Below, piece after piece: positions 54,785 through 63,050 of a stretch of DNA of 64,000 nt; within the stretch, counting starts at the first letter, position 1; each line of letters starts with the position of its first letter. The stretch comes from an uncultured Chloroflexia bacterium (GTDB taxonomy: Bacteria > Chloroflexota > Anaerolineae > CG2-30-64-16). A program made the position numbers and the translations under genes. Under the pieces are notes generated by a model. It worked only from the letters and a program-made list of their open reading frames with translations. It made no database searches and had not been told where the DNA came from. Location of the stretch: assembly GCA_963810095.1 (NCBI GenBank), contig CAWEMM010000007.1, positions 448,001 through 512,000 on the forward strand, given 5' to 3'.

Positions 54785-56797
54785 TCACCCGCCGACGTTG
54801 GCCTTGTACATTCCGCGGTAGTCCTGGGGGCCGACGGCGAAGAACCAGCGCACCTTCACCGGCATCACGTCGTTCGAGAACATCAGCCCCGACGACGGCG
54901 ACGCGACCGAGAAGATTTCGGGTGTCTCGCCATACCGGAAGCCCATCCCGATGGTCGGGTAGAGACGCGGGTCGGCAACCGCGGCCCAGTTGTTCGTGTC
55001 GGTCCACAGGTCGACGACGATGATGTGCCGCCGGGCCGCTTCGAGCCGGGCGTCGAACGTGCTGCCGCCGGTCGAATACGGGTTAATGTCGTTGTTGGCC
55101 GAGCCCAGCACACCTTCGCTGGCGAAGATCGTCAGCGCGGTGGCTTCGAGATCGGGCGGCACCAGCAGGTACTTGGGCGACGTCAGGCCGCCCAGCCGCT
55201 CGCCCGACCCCAGCTCCGCCTGCTTGCGCATGGCCAGCTTCGCCGCGCCCCAACTAGCCGATGACAGCGCGGTCGTGCCCAGGTTGCCGTGCCCGCTCGC
55301 GTCGAAAAGCGCAACCCCGTCCGACAGGGTCGGACCCACGCCCGACGCCGCAGTGAAGATGCTCGACACGGCCTTGTTCAGGGTGAGCCAGGCGCTCTGC
55401 GCCAGCGCGGGGCCGACGCTGCGGATGCGGCCCGTGTCGTCCTTGTCCATCGCCTCCAGCGTCAGCCCGAGGTAGCCGCCGCGCTTCTGCCAGCTCGCGG
55501 TCTGCGCGGCGTCGGTCCAGTCGAGCTCGGTGTAGGCCGCGCCTTCGGCCACGGCCGGCAGCTCTCCGACGCCGCCGAGCGTCGTCCACTTCACCGTTTG
55601 CAGCGTCGCGAATGACTCGCGGCGCACCACCGGCTCCCACCAGCGCGGGTACTGCTGAAACTCGTTGACCACGACCTTGTTCAGCACGTTGGCGACGATG
55701 TTCGCCATCGTGGTCGAGTTCACGTTCGCCAGGTAGACGCGATCCTCGTGGAAGCGGCCCGTCATCTCCAGGTCGCCCGACAGCAGGTGGTAGAACTCGC
55801 GCAGCCCGCTCAGCGGCCGCACCCCGCCCCGGGTCGGCCGCCCCTCGGCCAGCGCAGTGAACGCCTCCGTCACCTGGTCCAGCCCGTTCTGCATGCCGCT
55901 CAGGCGGATGCCCTGCACAGTGCGGGCCGCCTCGTCGCCCGCCCACGCGGCCTTGACCCGGCTGATGCCGGCGTCGAGCTGGTCGACGGTCCAGTCAGCC
56001 GCCAGCCCTGCCCGGACCACGGTTCGCCACCGGGCAGGCAGGCCCGACACGGCCAGGCGTGCCTCCAGCACCGACTCCCGGGCCGCGCCCATCAACTGCG
56101 ACAACTCGACGCCGGCCCCGGTGTCACCCCGCTCTACCGCGTCAACCTGCCCGCTGGCCGCCGCGTCCCGTCCCGTAGTTTCCTCGCCCATCGAATCCCC
56201 TCCTGTGAACCGGTCGATTGGCTCGACCGCGTCGAGCGCCTCAACCCCATTGAGCACGTGCAGGAACTCGCCGCCTGCCGCGGGCCGGTACACCGCATCC
56301 ACCTGGTCGACCCGCACGATTTCACGCACTTCCCGCATGCCCGCCCCATCGGGCGGGCCCACCCGCACCCACGGCACCGCGCTGAGCCCAATGGCCGGCA
56401 CCGGCCGGCCCTCGGCCCTGGCCTGCAGCCACCCGTCCACCAGCCGCCGGAACCCGTTGGCCACATCTGTGTCCGCCAGCCGGTAGTCCGCGACGACCGC
56501 GCCTGCCGTGGTTCCGCCCGGAAGCGGCGGAACCGAATCGTCCCAGTGGGCCTTCTCCGTCATCCCCAGCAACCTCTCGAGCATCGGGTGCCCGTGCTGC
56601 CCGGGCTGGGGGGCCGGCGGATTCAGGAACGACGCCAGCCCGTCAAACTTGTGCGCGTCCTGCCTGAGCACCGCGGCCGGGCACCGCAGCCCCTTGCCGA
56701 TCCATTCGCCCGGCCGGATCAGCACGGCCCGGTAGACCCGTCCGGCCCGGGGCTCCAGCTCTGCATCGCAGCACACCCGCTCGATCTCATCCTCCAA
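54785..56797 (-). CDS. Prohead protease/scaffold-major capsid fusion (Mu gpT-like, HK97-fold capsid)
   Basis: N-terminal protease-like region ending IGLSA...VDAVYRPAAGGEF; C-terminal capsid motifs LPAVAEGAAY, GLTLEAMDKDD, LFDASGHGNL, PKYLLVPPDLE and DYRGMYK. TTG start follows GGAGGTG. Confidence 0.8.
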   Translation of the reverse strand: MEDEIERVCCDAELEPRAGRVYRAVLIRPGEWIGKGLRCPAAVLRQDAHKFDGLASFLNPPAPQPGQHGHPMLERLLGMTEKAHWDDSVPPLPGGTTAGAVVADYRLADTDVANGFRRLVDGWLQARAEGRPVPAIGLSAVPWVRVGPPDGAGMREVREIVRVDQVDAVYRPAAGGEFLHVLNGVEALDAVEPIDRFTGGDSMGEETTGRDAAASGQVDAVERGDTGAGVELSQLMGAARESVLEARLAVSGLPARWRTVVRAGLAADWTVDQLDAGISRVKAAWAGDEAARTVQGIRLSGMQNGLDQVTEAFTALAEGRPTRGGVRPLSGLREFYHLLSGDLEMTGRFHEDRVYLANVNSTTMANIVANVLNKVVVNEFQQYPRWWEPVVRRESFATLQTVKWTTLGGVGELPAVAEGAAYTELDWTDAAQTASWQKRGGYLGLTLEAMDKDDTGRIRSVGPALAQSAWLTLNKAVSSIFTAASGVGPTLSDGVALFDASGHGNLGTTALSSASWGAAKLAMRKQAELGSGERLGGLTSPKYLLVPPDLEATALTIFASEGVLGSANNDINPYSTGGSTFDARLEAARRHIIVVDLWTDTNNWAAVADPRLYPTIGMGFRYGETPEIFSVASPSSGLMFSNDVMPVKVRWFFAVGPQDYRGMYKANVGG

Positions 56798-56866
56798 TTT
56801 CGCACCTCCTGCGCCGCGCCTGTTTGCCTGTTCGACAATCACCCCGCTGCGCCATACAAGGCGAGA

Positions 56867-56968
56867 TGAAATAGGACACTGATTGAACTGATCCGACTGA
56901 TTGCCACGATCTCTTTCCCGCAGGACAGTGCAGACCAGTTCAAGCGGTTGTATCAGTGTCCTATTTCA
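56867..56968. repeat. Family A palindromic element
   Basis: tgaaataggacactgat...atcagtgtcctatttca terminal inverted repeat. Confidence 0.85.
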
Positions 56969-56970
56969 GA

Positions 56971-57249
56971 TCAGTAGTACCCGATCGTCACGGCGACGTC
57001 GCCGCTCTGCGACCCGACGTTGATCCCGCCGCCGATCACGAACCTGCCGTGCCAGCACACCGTCTGCCCCGCGACGACCGAGACCGTGAGGTACGTCCTG
57101 CTGTCCTCCGCATCGGCGATCGAAATCACTGCGGACGCAGCGCCGGTCAGCTCGGTCACGATCAGGTCGGTGAGCACGCACGGGCCCGTAATGACGTCCT
57201 GGTCCTCGCCCATCGACAAGGTGACCATCACCGGTAGACTTGCAGCCAT
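56971..57249 (-). CDS. Small beta-rich hypothetical virion protein
   Basis: 92 aa with an AAGGAGG RBS, between the portal and capsid genes. Confidence 0.55.
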   Translation of the reverse strand: MAASLPVMVTLSMGEDQDVITGPCVLTDLIVTELTGAASAVISIADAEDSRTYLTVSVVAGQTVCWHGRFVIGGGINVGSQSGDVAVTIGYY

Positions 57250-57288
57250 CTGGTTTCCTCCTTTCTCCAAGTTCTATGCCATCCCGCG

Positions 57289-58653
57289 TTAGCGGCCCCG
57301 TTCCGACTCTCCCAGGATCTCCGCCAACTCCTCCTCGTCCGGCGTCTCGCCGGCAAACTTGAGCACCGTCCGCACCACGAGCCGCCGCCAGCGGCGTCCG
57401 CCGACACCCTGCCCGCTGACCGAGGCCAGTGCTGCGGCCACCTGGGCCGCCGAGCTTCCCAGCTCCGCATTGTCGGCCGGCGAGATGTCGGGGACGCCCG
57501 TGCGGATGTCCGCGAGCGTGGCCGGCTCGCCCGCCACTTTCCCCAGCCGCACCGCCCGGTTGTACGCGGCCAGCCCAGTGGTCGCCAGCGCCCAGGCGAA
57601 GTACTGCTGGCGGGCCCGCATGAAGCGCGAGCGCTGCTCGCCCATGGCTTTGGCGGTCGCCAGGTTCGCTTCTTCGCCTTCCCCCATGTCGACCAGCCCG
57701 ACGCCGGGTCCACCGGCGACGATCATCCAGCGGATGGCCCGCCCGTCCGCCTGCGCGTCGTTCGCATGCAGGGCCGGCGCCACCGCCTGCCATTCCTCAC
57801 TGTCCTTGTCGAGCACCAGCACCGAGCCTGGTTCCGGCGCCCGCGCCCACTGCAGCTTCTTCTCCTCTACCCGGGCGCCCGGCACCTTGACGACCCACAG
57901 GAAGGCCCGCACTGCCGCATTGAGCATGGTCCGGTCCTCGAGCCACCTCGAGTACCGTTTCAGCCACACCAGCACCGGCGCCAGGTCCGACTCGCCGCGC
58001 ACGCACCCCACGGGGCGGTTGACCGCGAAGTGCAGGCACACGGGTGCGGGCGCATCGACCCCCAGAGCCGCAGAAGCGTCAGCTTCTGCCAAGCCGGAGC
58101 CGAAGGCTCCGGCCGCCGCCCACACCCGCCCGTCCGGATAGTCCGGGTCGTCAAGGCCGACCATCTCGTGATAGGCGATCTCCGTCTCGTAGTCTCCCGG
58201 AGCCGTGATCACCCGGTCGATGTTCGAGGCCGGCAGCGCCCGGACGTACGACATGCCGTCGGCCGGGTTCATGTGCAACGTGATGAAGAGCTCGCCCGAC
58301 CGGCTGAGTTCCTCGCACAGGCTGTATTGGCGCAGCGCCATCTGATTCTGCTCGTGCGCCCAGAAGGCCCGGAGAAAGGCCGCCAGGTCGGTACGGTCCG
58401 ACGTCAGCGTGATCCCGTCACCGCAGACGAACGACGATACCAGCGACACCAGCCGCCGGGCCAGCGCATTTCGCCGCCACGCCTCGCGGGCATCGGTGAA
58501 CTCCTGTGACAGCACTTCCCACGGCTTGTCCAGGCCGGTGCCCGACGACTGCACCAGCCCGTCGTTCTTCTGTCCCGGCGCAACCGGGTCGACGCGCGCC
58601 AACGCCAACACGGCTGTCGACGCACGGAGCAAGAGCTTCTGCACCCAAGTCAT
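57289..58653 (-). CDS. Phage portal protein
   Basis: Follows TerL; AWRRNALARRLV, L.AFW...NQM, ELSRSGELFI, RGESDL..VL.WL.RY..WLEDR and ANLATA motifs. ATG at 58653 follows GAGGGAG. Confidence 0.8.
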   Translation of the reverse strand: MTWVQKLLLRASTAVLALARVDPVAPGQKNDGLVQSSGTGLDKPWEVLSQEFTDAREAWRRNALARRLVSLVSSFVCGDGITLTSDRTDLAAFLRAFWAHEQNQMALRQYSLCEELSRSGELFITLHMNPADGMSYVRALPASNIDRVITAPGDYETEIAYHEMVGLDDPDYPDGRVWAAAGAFGSGLAEADASAALGVDAPAPVCLHFAVNRPVGCVRGESDLAPVLVWLKRYSRWLEDRTMLNAAVRAFLWVVKVPGARVEEKKLQWARAPEPGSVLVLDKDSEEWQAVAPALHANDAQADGRAIRWMIVAGGPGVGLVDMGEGEEANLATAKAMGEQRSRFMRARQQYFAWALATTGLAAYNRAVRLGKVAGEPATLADIRTGVPDISPADNAELGSSAAQVAAALASVSGQGVGGRRWRRLVVRTVLKFAGETPDEEELAEILGESERGR

Positions 58654-58680
58654 TTGATTCGCTCCCTCGATAGAAATCGC

Positions 58681-58773
58681 ACGCAGATGATGCAGAGCCG
58701 CTGCGATGGGCGCTGATGAGCCAGACTGGGGTGATGCATTCTGGCAATCCCTCGCACCGGCGTTGATCTGCGT
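58681..58773. repeat. Degenerate family A palindromic element
   Basis: acgcagat...atctgcgt ends, between TerL and portal. Confidence 0.5.
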
Positions 58774-58778
58774 CCTGT

Positions 58779-60466
58779 TCACCACCCACCCGTTTCCCCT
58801 GAATCGATCTCCCAGGCCGGCGGGATCACGGCGCTCTCGCCGCTGCCCGTCCGGCAGTATTTCGCCGCCGCGGCCGCCAGGCACCAGGCGATGCAGCGGT
58901 CGTCGTGATCCCCGGGCGGTGCGGCGAGTGCCGCGCCGGTGAATGCGCTCAGCTGGCGCAGCGTCTCAGCGTCACGGACCCTGGGCGCACGCCCGCCGCC
59001 GCTGCTCGAGGCTGCCGTCCCGCAGCAGGTCGGCCGCTGCATCGACCGCCAGCGCCTTGTTCTTCGCGGTCGTCAACCAGCCCGGCTGGCCGTCGAGCCC
59101 GCGCAGCACCGCGGCGCGGCTGCCAATCCCGTCGACGCCCTCGCCAACGCTGTTGGCGCTCTCGCGCAGGGCTAGGAGCACCGCATGGCCGTGGTTGTTT
59201 CGCTCGACGAGAACGCCCGCCTGAGCCCCGCCGGCCGCGATCCACCGCCCTAGCGCCGCCAGCCCACCCGCGAATGTCGCAGGCTCGAAGCGCCCGGCCC
59301 AGACTGCAACCTGATCCCCGGTCACCGCATCGAGCACGCACGCGGCGCTCTCGTCCGACTGCGGGTTGCCCCCGGCCGGGTCCGCCCCGATCACGTACCA
59401 CCGGCCGGGCCGAGGGCTCTCCCAGACCGTCAGACCGTTCAATGCCGGAAGGCCGGTTTCAACACAAAGGCACGAAGACACGATGTTGTCGGCACCATCT
59501 CCTGGTGACTTTGTGACTTTGTGTTGAGATCTGTTGGTCATCGGAGCAGTCCCGGTATCATCTGCCCCCGTGCACCACTCGGCGGCGAAGCGGGCATCGC
59601 TCGACCGGGCGGCCAGCGCCTCGACATCCGTCGCCGGATACTCCGCATAGAGCGAGTCAAGCGACCCAGAGCGGGCCCAGATGTCGCGTTTCACCGCTTC
59701 GTACCACTCGACCGTGCGGTCGGGCCGGGCCGACCAGGGCAGAAACACCGGAGCGTAGCCGTTCTCGCTCACTCCGGAGGTGCTCATCCCGGAGGTGCTC
59801 ACCCCCGAGGTGCCCGCGCCCTTCGCGGCCTGGTAGATGCGCTTGAACGTGCTGCCCGGCGCGCCCTTGTCCACCGTCGACAGCAGCACCATCTGCCCGC
59901 CCCCGTCGATGGTTGGCTTCACGGCATCGAGCAGGCTTTGCAGGTCCCGGTTGCCCGCCGAGCGCGCAACGTAGTCTGCTTCGTCCACGAGGGCGAATGT
60001 GCCCGTGTAGGACCGCCCGCCCGTGGTAGGGAAGGCCAGGGCCGCACTGCCGTTGGAGAGGCGGAACTCATGCAGGTTGTTCACCAGCACCTCCCGGGCC
60101 TGCATGGGCTCCGGCAGCCGGGCGTACATCCCGACGAGGCGGAACGACAACAGGTGTGTGGCTTCGGCGTCGCGCTTGGAGAACAAGCAGCGCCGTCGCC
60201 GCGGGACGGAAGAGCATCAGCCACAGCGCATAGGCCGTTGTCAGCCAGCTCATACCCAACTGACGGGCCTTGAGCATCACGACCAGTCGCTCGCTCTGCA
60301 GCACCTCCGCGACCTCGACCTGGCACGGCCACAGGTGGAATGGCCGCCATGACCGGCTCGAGGCGTCGTACACTTGCACCCAGCGGTCGCACCAGTACGG
60401 GAAGCTCTTGGCACATTTCAGCCGCTCTTCTCGGATCTGGGCGTCTCGGCTCCCTCGTCGCTGCAT
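58779..60466 (-). CDS. Terminase large subunit (frameshifts near 60186 and 59000)
   Basis: Q-motif LWPCQ, Walker A KARQLGMS, Walker B ALVDEAD, coupling motif LLST, nuclease motifs IGADPAGG, VERNNHG and HDDRCIA. Confidence 0.88.
59459..59527. repeat. Family B palindromic element inserted in frame in the terminase gene
   Basis: 69 bp (23 codons), tcaacacaaag...ctttgtgttga, in the ATPase-nuclease linker. Confidence 0.8.
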
Positions 60467-60837
60467 GGCTCATCCTCTTGGGCGAACCGGCGTAGCTGCT
60501 CGAGCATGTCGTCGGCCGAAGGACCGGCCTTGTCTCGCTTTCGCTCTGCCCGGGGCGCCTGGCGGGCGGGCAGCCCCTCCGTGTAGTCGGCAATGAAGCG
60601 GGCCGCGCCGCGATCGCCGTCGAGCGCCATCGTCCACAAGACCCGCAGCAATCGCTCGAGCCGCGTGTAGGTCGCAGTCTCCGTGCGGCCTTCCCCCGAA
60701 CCGTCCTGCGCCCCCGCCTCGACGTCGGTGAACTCCACCCGCTCGCGGCCGATGGCCCTGCCCAGCGCAGCAATTGTGCTGCCGCGGCGCGGCCGTCCGT
60801 CCGGGTTACCACTCTGCCCCACCTTCCATCGTGCCAC
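60418..60837 (-). CDS. DUF5681-like putative terminase small subunit
   Basis: WKVGQSGNPDGRPR signature and A.DGD..AA.FI.DY.EG.P; directly upstream of TerL. GTG start follows AGGAGG. Confidence 0.75.
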   Translation of the reverse strand: MARWKVGQSGNPDGRPRRGSTIAALGRAIGRERVEFTDVEAGAQDGSGEGRTETATYTRLERLLRVLWTMALDGDRGAARFIADYTEGLPARQAPRAERKRDKAGPSADDMLEQLRRFAQEDEPCSDEGAETPRSEKSG

Positions 60838-61153
60838 TGCCGTATACCTCCTGTAGCTCTGCCAGCGTGACAATCCCGTGCGCCACGCACCAGCCCACCA
60901 GCCCCGCCTGCGACCGGGCGCCGGTCTCCTCGTACAGCCAGCACAGATGCCGCCGCACCGCCTGCTGCCCGATGCCCAACCGCCGCGCCAGGTCTTCCAC
61001 CGTCTCCCCCAGGCTGATGCCGCGGGCGATCTCGCGGCGGCGCTGGCCGGATGCGTGCATTACCCGTGCCTCGTCCGGCGCGGTCCGGCCGCAAACCGGC
61101 TGCCGCTTCGTTCCGAGGGCGTGCTGCTGTGAACAGGGTCGATCTTGAGTCAT
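60806..61153 (-). CDS. Stand-alone LuxR-type HTH regulator
   Basis: GETVEDLARRLGIGQQAVRRHL..LY..TGARSQAGLV.W...HG matches a LuxR C-terminal HTH; no receiver domain. Start uncertain. Confidence 0.7.
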   Translation of the reverse strand: MTQDRPCSQQHALGTKRQPVCGRTAPDEARVMHASGQRRREIARGISLGETVEDLARRLGIGQQAVRRHLCWLYEETGARSQAGLVGWCVAHGIVTLAELQEVYGSGTMEGGAEW

Positions 61154-61181
61154 GGTTGCCGCTCCGGCCGCACTGGCCGCC

Positions 61182-61245
61182 AAACAAAAGGGGTCGCCGC
61201 CGCGACCAACGCCTCAAAAGGGCGCTGCTCGCCTGCGACGACCCC
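61182..61245 (-). terminator. Long GC-rich hairpin with U-tract between the leader gene and the head operon
   Basis: GGGGTCGTCGC..GCGA..AGCGCC-loop-GGCGTT..TCGC..GCGGCGACCCC followed by TTTTGTTT. Confidence 0.7.
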
Positions 61246-61268
61246 GGGACTCTTTCACCGCCGGCAGG

Positions 61269-61421
61269 TCAACTGCTTGATTCGGTTATCTTCTCGTCGA
61301 CGCTCCAGATAACACGAGCGACGCGACCTTTCTCGACGACGACGGTGACGCTGCCCCAGCCGCCCGCCTGCACGATCTTCTCGACCAGCCAGCGGATGTG
61401 TTGGGCCAGGCGCTCAGACAT
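61269..61421 (-). CDS. 50-aa leader protein, YezD/DUF2292-like (below the ORF-track cutoff)
   Basis: GGAGGTG RBS; MSERLAQHIRWLVEKIVQAGGWGSVTVVVEKGRVARVIWSVDEKITESSS*; G(W/Y)GSVT.V...G.V pattern. Confidence 0.65.
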   Translation of the reverse strand: MSERLAQHIRWLVEKIVQAGGWGSVTVVVEKGRVARVIWSVDEKITESSS

Positions 61422-61474
61422 GGAGCACCTCCGGTTTTCGGGAGTAGGGTTTCGGGGCCGCCTTTGTTTGATCT

Positions 61475-61509
61475 AGAACATATATACTACTGGATCAGGG
61501 GAAAGTCAA
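61475..61509 (-). promoter_or_regulatory. Sigma70-type promoter overlapped by a putative LexA (SOS) box
   Basis: Minus strand TTGACT-17 bp-TATATA; AGAACATATATACT (61475-61488) resembles the GAAC-N4-GT(T/A)C LexA site. Confidence 0.55.
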
Positions 61510-61689
61510 GACATATTTGTAGCATCAGAGGCACCAATTTGGGGACTTCGACTCAGTTGCTCCGCGGCCGCGGTCATGCTATGATTCAACCTGCTACAGT
61601 CTGCAGATCGATATCACGCCGGTCGCGCTCGCGCTGCTCGGCCACCCCGCACGTCGCGTGCCGTGCATGCGACTGACTAGGAGCACGAT

Positions 61690-62850
61690 TTGGGAACAGC
61701 GACAAAAGCCGCGCCGAAAGGGGCGGTCAGAAGCATCCAGTTCAGCCAGCAGCATGGCTTCCGCAAGACGCTCAACGACCGCGTCGATGCGTACCTGCGC
61801 GACAATAACATTCCCGCCCGAGGCTTGCCCAGGATGTACGTCAAGACGGCCATCGTCCTGACCTGGTGGCTCGGCGTGTATTTGCTCTTGCTTCTCGGGG
61901 GCTTCCCGCCGTTGGTGAACGTGGTGCTCTGCCTGGTGTGGGCGCTCGCCTTCGCTTCGGTCGGGTTCAACGTCATGCACGACGCCAACCATCGCGCCTA
62001 CTCCGACAGCCCGCGCGTCAACCGCATCATGGCGCTCAGCGCGGAGATGTTGGGCATCAGCGGTTTCCGGTGGCGCACCAAGCACAACGTCTGGCATCAC
62101 ACTTACACGAACGTCGCCGGCTACGACGACGATGTGCAGGCATACGGACTGATGCGGCTGACCCCCCGCGAGCCGTGGAAGCCGCTGCACCGCGCACAGG
62201 CCTGGTACTTCCCGGTGATCTACAGCTTCATCGCGTTCGACTTCATCCTGCGGGACTTCATGATGGTGTTCTTCGGCAAGTCGGACCCGGACCATGTGTA
62301 TCCGAAGCTGAGCACGTCTGATAAGGTCACGTTCTGGCTTGGCAAGCTATTCTTTGTGACAGTCATGTTCGTGCTGCCGTCGCTGGTCTTTCCGTGGTGG
62401 CAGGTGCTGGTCGGCTTCTTCCTGGTGTTCCTGACGGTCGGGCTGGTGCTTGCGGTGGTCTTCCAGCTTGCGCACATCAACGGCGATCTCGAGTTCCCCG
62501 TGCCGGTCGGCAAGCCGCCCCACATTGAAGATGAGTGGGCGATGCACCAGGTGCGGACGACGACGGACTTCGCGCCCAACAACAAAGTGCTGAGCTGGTA
62601 CGTCGGTGGGCTCAACTTCCAGGTCGAACACCACCTGCTGCCGCACATCTGTCACTTGAACTATCCGCGCCTCAGGCCCATCGTCCAGGCGACGTGCGAA
62701 GAGTACGGGCTGCAATACCACTGCTATCCGACGTGGCGAGAGGCGCTGGCCCAACATTGGCGTGAGCTGCGGGCGCTCGGGCGGCCGGGCCCCAGAAGCC
62801 ACCCCGGCCCCGAAGGCCGCTCTGCGCTGATCTGTCGACGGGAGCCCTGA
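61690..62850 (+). CDS. Membrane acyl-CoA (fatty acid) desaturase
   Basis: His boxes HDANH, HNVWHH and QVEHH; TTG start follows AGGAG. Confidence 0.92.
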   Translation: MGTATKAAPKGAVRSIQFSQQHGFRKTLNDRVDAYLRDNNIPARGLPRMYVKTAIVLTWWLGVYLLLLLGGFPPLVNVVLCLVWALAFASVGFNVMHDANHRAYSDSPRVNRIMALSAEMLGISGFRWRTKHNVWHHTYTNVAGYDDDVQAYGLMRLTPREPWKPLHRAQAWYFPVIYSFIAFDFILRDFMMVFFGKSDPDHVYPKLSTSDKVTFWLGKLFFVTVMFVLPSLVFPWWQVLVGFFLVFLTVGLVLAVVFQLAHINGDLEFPVPVGKPPHIEDEWAMHQVRTTTDFAPNNKVLSWYVGGLNFQVEHHLLPHICHLNYPRLRPIVQATCEEYGLQYHCYPTWREALAQHWRELRALGRPGPRSHPGPEGRSALICRREP

Positions 62851-62855
62851 ATCTG

Positions 62856-63050
62856 AAATAGGACGCTGATGCGACTGATTGAACTGATCTGCACTGTCTT
62901 TTTGAAAGAGATCAGGCGAATCAGTCTCATCAGTTCAATCAGTGTCCAATTTTAGAGCGGGACACTGATCCGACTGATTGAACTGTTCTGCACTGTCTTT
63001 TCGAAAGAGATCAGGTGAATCAGTCTCATCAGTTCAATCAGTGTCCAATT
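62856..63050. repeat. Two tandem family A palindromic elements
   Basis: Near-identical ~95-bp copies (62856-62952 and ~62960-63050) between convergent genes. Confidence 0.85.

Noticed and set aside
54785-56797. Capsid gene as an encapsulin nanocompartment
   Set aside because: It is linked to terminase, portal and adaptor genes, which encapsulin systems lack.
51963-61509. Intact prophage or PICI/cf-PICI satellite
   Set aside because: No integrase, primase or replication gene, repressor pair or att-like direct repeat was found on either side; the flanks are ordinary host genes.
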